From contig OZ025782.1 of assembly GCA_964019425.1 (NCBI GenBank), positions 992,001 through 1,056,000 of the forward strand: a stretch of DNA of 64,000 nucleotides, read 5' to 3'. Below, piece after piece: positions 52,001-61,641 of this stretch. Position numbers and translations under genes: made by a program. This DNA is from Flectonema sp. DT1601 (Eukaryota). The number at the start of each line of letters is the position of its first letter. Within the stretch, counting starts at the first letter, position 1. The notes beneath the pieces were generated by a model. That model had not been told where the DNA came from and searched no databases. It saw only the letters and a list, made by a program, of their open reading frames with translations.

Positions 52001-52432
52001 GGGAGAAGAGATTAAAAGGAAAAAAAAAAAGAAATTGATATTTTTCGACTTCTTACCCGAACCTAATTTTACTGTTAAGTCAAGTTTTTTTCTTTTTTTT
52101 TTTTCCCGTTTTCAAAAAAATGTATTAGAAAAAGAAAAATTGACGAGAGAAGAGCAAGTGTGAACAATTAAAGTCACAGTTCGGACGGGAAAAAAAAAAA
52201 ATCGCAGACTACAATAGTTGCTGAGGTTTGCTGAAACAAAACAACCGTAAAATGAAAAAGGAGCCTATCGGGTAAGAAGATCGACTGAAAACTGAGAAAG
52301 TGTTATTTTTAGAGAGAACAAATGCAACGAGGAAGAATGATTATTGGGGAAGAAGAAAGAAAAGTAATATCGGACTAGCTTTTCACTCTCTTGAGAGAGA
52401 TCTAAATATATTTTATTACACTCTATTTGTGT

Positions 52433-53200
52433 TTAGTAACACGGTGGAGCAGATGTACTGCGAATCCTACAGCTAAAGTAGTCATCCTCATTCATCATTC
52501 TTGTGTACGGAACGCATTCATCATCAACAACACAAAGAGGTGCTTTACATTGCTCGTAACAGTTTTCTCCCATCAGAACTTCATCAACGGCGTCGTTAAT
52601 GTCGTCGATGCACAACTCATCAAACAAGTCGATAGTCTGTTTTTTTAATATTATTTGAGTCATATCATATTATATCATATCATATATTGTCCAGTTTAGG
52701 GTTCCAGTATTTCATGGGTGAAAATGAGGAGTAAAACGATATAATATTACGAGTGTTTTAATAAATAAACATACCGAGTTCACAGCAGGTGCCGCCATAG
52801 GAGGAGGGATACGAATATCTGGTACTGGTTGCTGAACTTCTAAACTGTAAGGGTCGTGTACAAAGGTGTTTGCTGGTTTGCTGTCAGCCTTCTTCATCAC
52901 ACGAACCGAAACTGCCTTTGGAGGATCAGCAGTAGTGAGTCTGCATTCAACTTCATCTCCAACCTGAATGAATGGACGGGATTCACCTGGCTTCTTCTTA
53001 ATGTTTCTGTAGGCGAATCTAAACTCACCAACTCCCTCAATCATAAGAAGTGGTTCAGTCCCAATTCTCGTGACAATTGCTCTCTGACGCTCTCTCATCT
53101 TGTCATCAGTCTTGGATTCATTTACTTCCACGACCTGCTCCTTTGCTGCTTCAAGAACTTCTGGAACAGCAACAACGGTTTCTTCTATCGATGGAGTCAT
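52433..53200 (-). CDS. Cold-shock/OB-fold-like putative RNA-binding protein with FVHDPY motif, 2 exons (53200-52775, 52636-52433)
   Basis: Intron 52637-52774 (GTATGT...AAAAAACAG, phase 0); FRFAYRNI...IQVGDEVECRL...PKAVSVRV resembles the second half of a cold-shock domain. Confidence 0.7.
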
Positions 53201-53340
53201 TCTTTTGATAACGAGTTGGATTGCTGTGAGAAAATTAAAGTTTTTAAAAACTATAAAATAATCAATTGATAAAACAGAATAAAAAGCAGCAATTGACAGA
53301 AGTCAATCCAAAGAATAACAAAACCAACTACCCGACATTC

Positions 53341-54339
53341 TCAAAGACTTCCATTGTCATTTCTTACAACATCACTACTGAGTATGTCCTGAGCACACTT
53401 CTCAATCGTATCAATCGCTTCTATCACACGATGGATACTAAATAGTGACCCTCCAGGTGACCTAAAAGCGAGTTGCGCAATCTGCGCTACCGAAGAAGAA
53501 TTCAAAATAATAAATTTACAATGAGAGTAAAGTGAACTAATATGCGAAGGTGGAATCCAATGAAGAGGAAGACGATAACAATGAGCTGTTAAATATACAA
53601 CAGAAAGAGAAGCCATTCTAAATTGATTAACCGATTGAAGAAGTATATCTAACTGTACGTGAGATGGAGTACTTCGACTGATCTCACTGCCAATTGGAGG
53701 AACACAACTCGTTACAAGTGAGCAACACAGATGGGCCATCACTCTCGCTGTTTGTAAGTTCTTTTCCCACTTCCCTCCTCCAGACACTGGTGTTCGTTGC
53801 AGCATCTCCTGACTCTCTCCAATGGCAAGGCTCTCGCAGGCTTCGTAGAGTTCTCGACAAACAGAAACAGCATCTCTTACCTTATTCATCGCATGAGATG
53901 ACGCCGTTCCTGAAGCACACCAAAAGGCGAGTGTGAGTCGCTTCATTTCCACTCCAATGTTTATTAACATTTTCGTAATTTCATCAAATTTCTGACCTCT
54001 CTCTGAAGTCAGAACAGATTCTGATATTCGTGACGAGCTGAGCTCGTTAAAGACTACCAACTCAGTCTCAGAGAGCATCACATCAGCAGCATGAAATCCC
54101 TCACAAGAATCAGCACAAGCTCCCCATTCACGCAAACCAATACGAGACCCGTCTAACAAAGTGATTAGGAATTCTAACTTGTCAGAGATCCATTTTCTTT
54201 CAGATTCTGCTTTCTTACCTCCTCCAAGAGCTGTAGCCCCAACTGATAGTTGGTCATCCTGTTCTTCGTCTTTGAGAGAGATGTTGACATCGCTAATGAA
54301 GTACTCAACTGATATATTATCACCCCAACCTGTTGGCAT
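53341..54339 (-). CDS. Hypothetical alpha-helical protein (~332 aa)
   Basis: Long intronless ORF; first in-frame ATG at 54339 (MPTGWGDN); no recognisable domain. Confidence 0.75.
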   Translation of the reverse strand: MPTGWGDNISVEYFISDVNISLKDEEQDDQLSVGATALGGGKKAESERKWISDKLEFLITLLDGSRIGLREWGACADSCEGFHAADVMLSETELVVFNELSSSRISESVLTSERGQKFDEITKMLINIGVEMKRLTLAFWCASGTASSHAMNKVRDAVSVCRELYEACESLAIGESQEMLQRTPVSGGGKWEKNLQTARVMAHLCCSLVTSCVPPIGSEISRSTPSHVQLDILLQSVNQFRMASLSVVYLTAHCYRLPLHWIPPSHISSLYSHCKFIILNSSSVAQIAQLAFRSPGGSLFSIHRVIEAIDTIEKCAQDILSSDVVRNDNGSL

Positions 54340-54779
54340 TGCGAGTTGACTCACATCCTATCTGTGTCAACTAACCTGCGGAATAAAAGTACTTTAATAT
54401 AATGAGGACCATGTGAATGAATATTATCATCAAGATACAAGGGAATTCCCTGACCTGACTGACTAATACAATTTTTTTTTTTTTTTTTTGATAAACGTAT
54501 TACAGTAACGGTTTTTTTGAGAAAAGACACAATCAAAAAAAAAAAAAAAAAGAAAAGAGAGTAGACTTTTCCTATTGATTTGAAGGACAAACCTGAGATA
54601 CTTGGGTGTGTGCTGTTATAGTTTTGTTTGTTTTATAAAATAGCAATACTATAGTCGTCAGTAAGCAGGCTCTCTCACATACTGTAACTGAATGTCATGT
54701 AACTTGTCACCTAAATAACTTTTTAGGTTAGATTATCTGATATGAACGAAAATAATTCCATCCGTAGAAAGCCTCTTAA

Positions 54780-56096
54780 TCACATCAACTTCGACAGCTT
54801 AGCTAAGGCGGCACTCGCGGCTTTATTCTCTCTGTTTTTTTTTTGTTTTTAATCATTTGTTTTGAGGATGAAAGGGGAAAAATAATTTCACATTTCAAGG
54901 AAATAAACATACGTTTTCTGCAGAGCTGCTCTCTTGACGGCTTCGTATCTGGTGGCAGGTGCATCTGGTTCAGTTTTCTTAGGTTCGCGAGAGGGTGGAG
55001 GAGTGGAAGAGCGAGAACGGGTTTCTTCTTCCCGTCGGGATTTGTAGGCTCCTCCAGAAACAAGACGATCGAGTTGTTGCCTGCGATCAGCAGACCTCTC
55101 GTCAAGTCGCTCCCTTTCGTCAGTTCGTATACTGGTTGATGGGAAATCATCCAAACCCAACCTCCCTCTTCTCTTCCTACGCGGAGGGTCTTCTCCACCT
55201 CGTTTCTCTCTCAAGCGCTCTCTCTCTTTGTCTTTTTCTTCCGCTTTCTTAGCGGGTACGTTCCTTTCTCTACCCCTTGAGGTTCCCATTGTCTCACCCT
55301 GTAGTGTTTTGTTTCCGGTTTCAGTTCTTGATCTAATAACTGAATGAGAATGAGAATGAGAATGAGAATGAAAACAAAAGTAACCACACACCTCATCTAT
55401 TTCAGTGATGTATTCTTTGATTGCTTTCACGTATTTAACTGGAATTCGAGGGAACTGAGTTCCCAGATATTTCATCTCAAGAAAGACATTTCTAGCGAAG
55501 TTACAGATAGTTGTCGAGGTACCTGTTCGCTGACCTGCTGGGCAGACTTGAACGACGTCGTCACTACCTCGGAACAAGTGTTTTACCCATTGGAGGTGGT
55601 CTTCATGTGGCTGAGTAAATCGGACGTACAGAACTCCAAGTGAGCGATGCTGAATTTTTGAATTGTTTTCCAGAAGGTACTTGAGCTGAGCTTCCGATAA
55701 TCTCAAAGTAAACATTCGATATAAAATACACCAGAGTCTGGCAGGAGATCTATTCACGTGAACATTGTTTTCACAAGTCTTACCTCCCAACACAATATTA
55801 TCAGCTCTGCGATAGTCACCTCTCATACCACCCCAAGCATAGACGTGTTTACACCCTTCTTGCTTTGCTTCTTCGCAAAGTTGTTCAAATGTATTCATCT
55901 TACAAAGAGTTCCCGTAAAATAATAATCTTCTTCAATATTTGTCGCTAATTTCTGCTCAAGTCCCATTCGATCTCCACATATAACGGCCAATCCATCTTT
56001 TTGTTTAACTTCACTTTGTTCTGCCGCTGCAGCTGCTGATGCTACAGCAGCAACCTGTGCATTAGCCGTAAACGCCTGCCCATAAGAATTATACAT
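54780..56096 (-). CDS. PRP38: Pre-mRNA splicing factor PRP38 family (PRPF38B-like), ~380 aa, 3 exons (56096-55392, 55298-54913, 54831-54780)
   Basis: LATNIEEDYYF..LCKMNTFEQL, WCILYRMFTLRLSEAQLKYLL, RSLGVLYVRFTQP and QFPRIPV match the PRP38B domain; Arg/Glu-rich tail; introns 55299-55391 and 54832-54912. Confidence 0.88.
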
Positions 56097-56596
56097 GTTG
56101 TGTAGTTTCTGAATATGTTAATTTGCTAGTTATTGACAATTTCTATTCACTTTGATTACTTGGATATCAATCTCCGCTGATAGTTCTTTTTTTTTTTGAT
56201 GTTTTGGATATTTAGTGTGAATATACCCGAATCAAAAAAAAAAAAAAAAAAAAAAAAAAGTTCTTTTTTCTTATATAAATAATTCAGTTGCTTTCATAAT
56301 GTTGTTTTCCTTTTTAGGTACCAACACGAATAGCAAACCAAAAGAGGGGGGATGGCGATAATTTTTGGCAATGTAGAAAAACAGCAATAAACCTTATAAT
56401 ACTCAAGCTATAAGTAAACTCATAAGGTCAAAACTGAATAATAAAAAAAAAAAAAATTTAAAAAAAATGCCAAAAAAAGAGGGGGATTTAAGTGTAAATT
56501 CTTTTTTCTTTTTTTTTTTAAATCTAATCTGACAAACGGAGTAGTGATAATCAGAATCTCAAAGAGAGGATGGTTATGATGCTTTTTTTGTTATAT

Positions 56597-58398
56597 GAGA
56601 ACGTGCCAAAAGTAGGGTACAATTTTGGGCCACGGGTATCTGACGGTCCCTAAGTGTGAATCCGACCACTTTTCACAAGATATTTTGTACTCAAAAAATG
56701 CAATTCCGTGTCTGGGAAGTGATTTTACTCACCGCTAGTTTGAAAATTCCATATTTTCCCTAAGAGCTTACCTGTAGTATAAGGAGAATGGTAGTGATAC
56801 TAAGTTCGACCAGGTGCTTAATAGGCAGTACTGATAATACAATGATGTGCTTTCTTTTTTATAAAAATCATTGATTTTGCTGAAGTTCTTAATTGCTACA
56901 CGTCACTGGGAGTGCTGGAAGTACTGCTACTAGCACAGGTACTACTGATACTGGTACACATACTGTCACTACTGGTAATGATGCTACTGGTGCTGCTTTC
57001 AAATTCTGATCTAGGGCAGTTGCGCAAGTCGTGGTCAACCCCACCGCACCCCTTACACTGACGCTGCTTTCTTTTCCTTTTGGGTATCTGTGTCCCTTTT
57101 CCCCCAAGCAACTGTATTTCCCCTGCTTGTAGAAATGGCTATTGCCTTCCTGCGGAACCTGTGGCAATGTACCCTTTTCTTTGTAGTCTAGGGTGATCAC
57201 CAGACTGTCACCTGGGTCTTGTGTTTTTTCAGCGTAAATCGCGTTCTGGCGTCGGAATTCCTCAGTCTGAAGATCAATCTCTACGAGTTGCTGAATGTAT
57301 TCTGCAGCCTGAAGTTTAATATTTTGGGGTACACTTCCAGGAGAATTGAGCATGCACTGGAGAATAAGACCACTTGAGCGAGAGACATTCCAGACACTCA
57401 TCGAGTAACCGGACTTCCCTTTAGCACTTTTAAGGAGCTTCCCCAGTTTCTTCCTGATTGACTGGCCTGCCAGGCAGTAGTTACAAACATCAGTTCGGCG
57501 AGCCAGTTTGCGGAATTCTTCTTTTCTCATCCTACGAAAGGTTGTCATTGAAATCTTATCTCTGAGAGAGCTGCTCTCATAGATGCTCCGGAAAGTTGGC
57601 AAGACATTCTGGATGGTGACAGTTGAGTCTCGCACCTTCGACAGCCTCTTCAGTGTGATAGAGGTTTCCGCCGATGCTGCCCTGTGCTCGCTGTCGACAA
57701 CTTCTGCCATCTCCTCATTGGTTTTTCTTGGCCGTCCTAGCATCTGAGCCTCACTGTTTCTCTCACCCCATGCCTTCCTTCCGATCTTAATACCGGCTTC
57801 TGCAAAGTGTTAAAACTTCCACCCGTTGCTGTCAAGTGTTTTAAAAACTCTCCTCCTCCTTCCAACTTCTAAACTACTTATCATCTCACCTACACAAGGG
57901 GGAACAACACATTTCCACAGACTTGATATGCCAATAACATCCCTGAGCATGCTGTCAACATCGCCTCCTGAAAGGCACTCAAGCAGCTGTTTTGCTAATC
58001 TCACCTGTCTCTTTGTCGACCCACTAGCACTGTTTCGCTCCCCCTATTGGAGCTGCTCACCCATTTCTGTCATTAGCTCTTTGAACCGCGAGATAACAAC
58101 TTTTTCTTGCATGTTTCTGGATGTTGTAGGAATTTAACTGGTTTCAGATAAATAAACGACATGATTTAAAAAGGCAGCAAAAATGGTTCATACAGGACAA
58201 AGGCCTGTTAGCCTACAAAGAGGGGTCTTTAGTGAAGGAAATATGGAATTTTGAAACTAGCGGTGAGTAAAATCACTTCCCAGACACGGAATTGCATTTT
58301 TTGAGTATAAAATATCTTGTGAAAAGTGGTCGGATTCACACTTAGGGACTGTCAGATACCCGTGGCCCAAAATTGTACCCTACTTTTGGCATCCTCTC
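56597..58398 (-). mobile_element. Sola-like cut-and-paste DNA transposon, internally deleted and non-autonomous (1802 bp)
   Basis: 160-bp TIRs at 56597-56756 and 58239-58398 (6 mismatches); 5'-GAG...CTC-3' termini; 4-bp ATAT target-site duplication at 56593-56596 and 58399-58402; internal transposase remnant. Confidence 0.85.
56896..58112 (-). pseudogene. Disrupted Sola-type transposase
   Basis: One frame from ATG 58112 with premature TAG (58046-58044) and TAA (57812-57810). Motifs GRPRK, RRTDVCNYC and VITLDYKEKGTLP...HFYK...CLG (first catalytic Asp region) are followed by a jump at a G-run near 57105 to a frameshifted C-terminal CCHC knuckle (CKGCGGVDHDLRNC). Confidence 0.75.
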
Positions 58399-59524
58399 AT
58401 ATTCTGTTGTTATTTTTTTTTTTTTTGATGAAAAAATTTATATCACAAAAAAAAGGGAATACAATTACTATTTGAATGAGGAATATATTAAACAAACGGA
58501 GGGAATTCAAAACTCCTAATCCGGAGTTATTTTATAAGAATATTTGTTACAAAGACTATGATGCAACTAATTGAAACCTTGTTCTCGACTGACTCAACTT
58601 CAAGATGATGACTTGCTTTTGTTCCTGTTTATGACCGACTTGAGGAAGACACAAGGTTTTTCAACCACTCATGTCCACTCTCAGGCATTTCACATCAGGA
58701 AATTCAAGATCACTTATTTTTTTTATATCACATACTAATAAAAAAAGGGTTAGAAATATATTTCATTATTCTCAGTTTATAGAAAAAAGTGTATTTTTCA
58801 AATACACGTTTTTTTTTTTTTTAGTATCTTCCTTCTTCACTACCAAAAAAATCTATAAACTTATTGAGAGTATCACACGCGAAAACATTAAACAAAAAAA
58901 AAAAAAAAAAAAAAGAGACTTGCAAAAAAATATTACTTTTAAAGATAGCTAGAAGGGGAATAGTAACTGTAAAATTAATTTGAGGAACTACGGGGAAACC
59001 TGATTCTTTTGATAAAAAAAAGTTTAAAAAACGGCAGTCAGATAAAAGAGAGGAAGTGCAGGATAAAAAAAAAAAAAGTTGTTAAAAGAATAATTTTACT
59101 ACACACCTTGTATAACAAGGTAAGTGAAGATAAATCGCCAATGAGATAGCAACTGAATAGATGTAAAGAAGAGGTACGTCGAAACCCAAATATGCGCAAG
59201 CGTACCCATAAACAAAGACGCAGACTGTGTTTTTATAAAAATTAATACTAACATCACAAAAATGACAAAACATCATTCCGTTTGGATTTTTAGAAAAAAA
59301 AAAGTTGAAAAAAAAAAAAAAAAAACTACAGCACCGCGAGACGCAATTACTTTTTTTATTATAATTTCATCTTTTTAATATATCAAACAGTTGCTCAGTA
59401 AATAATCAAAAGAATTATTACTAAGCAGATGGGTCTCTGAAAATAATTTAAAAAAAAAAAAAAGTTTTCTTTGGAGAAAAAAAAAGAGAGAGAGAATAAT
59501 AAAAACTTTATACAACTTAGAGTG

Positions 59525-60889
59525 CTATTGGTTTGTGAAAACTGTCAAGTCCGCAGCAACGGAAAAGACGCCAAATGTGCCATTTTTGAATTGTGCAAAG
59601 AAACAAATCTTACACTTATTTCCATGGTCGTTTTCAGGGACGGCGAGAGCATCACCTCCCGACTGCGGTGGTTCCAATAAAGAGACTCCAAACAATCCAT
59701 TCTGTCGAGTGATAATTGAATAAAAAGGAATTTCACGACTAGCAGGAGGTATCGAAGGAAGCGATGCAATGTAAATTCCACTACTGCGAGTCTCGTTTCC
59801 AGGAACACCAGCATCACCATAAAATGAAATAAAAGAACTGCTACATGAAGGCATGAATGGAAAATCTTCAAATTGATCTCCAGAAGTACTGTGATCGTCA
59901 GTGTCTGCAACCTTAACAGTGATGTCTTCGTTGACGTAATGAATATAAACTCCTTTACCTCCTTTGGTTCCAACTCCAACGAAGGCGATATATAAATTAC
60001 CTGTTGGAAGTACTCCGACACAAACATCTGTAAAGTCCCAAAATCTGTTATCAACCTTTCTCGATCCCGGGATTGGAGAGATGTGATCCTCAAGTAGTTT
60101 ACGAAGACCAGACTCTGCTGTCCAAAGAAACAGACCAGTGTGAACATTCTTGTATCCAGACTTTGAATTAGAATCAGGGAGATCACTCGTATGACTTGCA
60201 AAGAATGCCACTGACAACGGATACAACGTGTCATTCTGTGGAGGTAATGCAACATAAGGATTTCCAAAGTAGGTTAGTGGAGCAGAACTATTTCTAAGAA
60301 ATACCTTACTCATCCTTGAAGCAAGTGGTGTAAAGTGATACAAACCCACTGTAGGCTGCCCTAAGTAGATACCAGCACTCAGGCTTTTGTTAGAACTTAT
60401 TCCAGCGAACACAACATCATTACCCCAACCAGTTATCGATTTGAATGATTTAAATGGAGAAGTGACGTTAGTAGCGACGACTCGAATGATTCCACTTTGT
60501 CTTTGACAGAACAAGCCGGATAGGTTTGTTGCTCCTCCTAGAAAACAATCACCATTCCCGTTTGACGTATCGATTGACTGAAATGATGTTTGAGTACCCG
60601 GAATAGTTGTACTGCTGTCAACAATAACTGTGAGACCTTCTCCACCCCTGCTTTGTGGATTTAATTGTTTGTTGATTGATATTTCCTGCAGTCCAGTTAT
60701 TCCTCTGAAAAAACATTTTCTATCCCTAGACACCATTGGAAATGAAAATTCTGTAAAACGATTACCTTTCTTACTAATCGTCGTACTGTCTGCAATAACT
60801 GTGAACGTCATTTCCGGCACCTGCTCTGCCTTCGATAAGCAAATCATCACAGCTGGTAACAAAACACAGACATAGAGAGATCTTAACAT
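59525..60889 (-). CDS. Secreted beta-propeller-repeat protein (454 aa) resembling bacterial NxxGxxAF-repeat proteins
   Basis: Signal-peptide-like N-terminus (MLRSLYVCVLLPAVMICLSKA); repeated blades F..F..P.....VAF.G......GIY/GLF...L..IAD; terminal CFFAQFKNGTFGVFSV; intronless. Confidence 0.75.
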   Translation of the reverse strand: MLRSLYVCVLLPAVMICLSKAEQVPEMTFTVIADSTTISKKGNRFTEFSFPMVSRDRKCFFRGITGLQEISINKQLNPQSRGGEGLTVIVDSSTTIPGTQTSFQSIDTSNGNGDCFLGGATNLSGLFCQRQSGIIRVVATNVTSPFKSFKSITGWGNDVVFAGISSNKSLSAGIYLGQPTVGLYHFTPLASRMSKVFLRNSSAPLTYFGNPYVALPPQNDTLYPLSVAFFASHTSDLPDSNSKSGYKNVHTGLFLWTAESGLRKLLEDHISPIPGSRKVDNRFWDFTDVCVGVLPTGNLYIAFVGVGTKGGKGVYIHYVNEDITVKVADTDDHSTSGDQFEDFPFMPSCSSSFISFYGDAGVPGNETRSSGIYIASLPSIPPASREIPFYSIITRQNGLFGVSLLEPPQSGGDALAVPENDHGNKCKICFFAQFKNGTFGVFSVAADLTVFTNQ

Positions 60890-61086
60890 TTTAGTTTTTC
60901 ACAAATAAATCTAAAACAGAAAAAATAAAAATTTCGTAATCTCTCTCCTACAAAAAAAAAACTATTCTTCTTTTATTTCTAAGTAAAGCTCACTTAAAGC
61001 TGAATAATAAATCTATCTAACGAATGGTTTTGGTATGTCGATACTAATGATGGACGCCGTGAATAAGACATTCTGACAACACGCCA

Positions 61087-61326
61087 TCACTCTTCTTGTT
61101 CCACAACTCTGGCAGTACTCGCAGGTATTGGAGACGGACTGGAACTGTTTTGTGAATATTTATTAAAATAAGTCTCAACGCAGAAACAAAACACCAAAAC
61201 CACATACACATATGTTCCGAAAGTGCTTGAAGAATCTCTTCCCCCTCTTATGATCATCGCTTCCTCTAGTTCTCTTGCATCTGAACTGTCACCAACTTCA
61301 ATACGAGTTCCGTGTCTCTTTAACAT
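61087..61326 (-). CDS. CDC26/APC12-like microprotein (~58 aa after splicing), 2 exons (61326-61208, 61144-61087)
   Basis: MLKRHGTRIEV..SDARELEE resembles the CDC26 N-terminal MLRRKPTRLEL..DDIEEFE; 63-nt intron 61145-61207 (GTATGT...CACAAAACAG). Confidence 0.62.
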   Translation of the reverse strand: MLKRHGTRIEVGDSSDARELEEAMIIRGGRDSSSTFGTYVYVVLVFCFCVETYFNKYSQNSSSPSPIPASTARVVEQEE

Positions 61327-61641
61327 GTTTTGTTTGTAGTGAAAAACCTTTCAGAACAGTAAAATATAATTATAAAAAAAAAGGGAAAACGTAATTTTAT
61401 GTTTTTCAACACGTTTCGACTAACGTCATCCGAGTTGGGATGGATTTTCTTTATTATTGTTCTGAGTAATGAAGAATATAACACAAATTTAATAAATAGA
61501 AGAACAAAAATAAATAAGATTGCCGAAAATCCTTATCGTTTGTGATGGGAACTAACTAAAAAAAAGTGCGAAATAGGAACAAAAGCCGTGATCGTTTTTT
61601 TTTTTTTTTTTTATAATTAGTACCTTTTAACAGCAACAGTA

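Noticed and set aside
56889..57105. Val/Pro-rich C-terminus of the 284-aa ORF as real transposase sequence
   Set aside because: Out-of-frame read-through after the deletion junction; the zinc-knuckle frame is the plausible original.
58573..58590. Similarity to the reverse complement of the SSU rRNA 3' end (GAAACCTTGTT..CGACT)
   Set aside because: Too short and gapped; no rRNA context.
59545..60267. 240-aa same-strand alternative-frame ORF overlapping the propeller gene
   Set aside because: Non-ATG start, no motifs; composition typical of a shifted-frame shadow.
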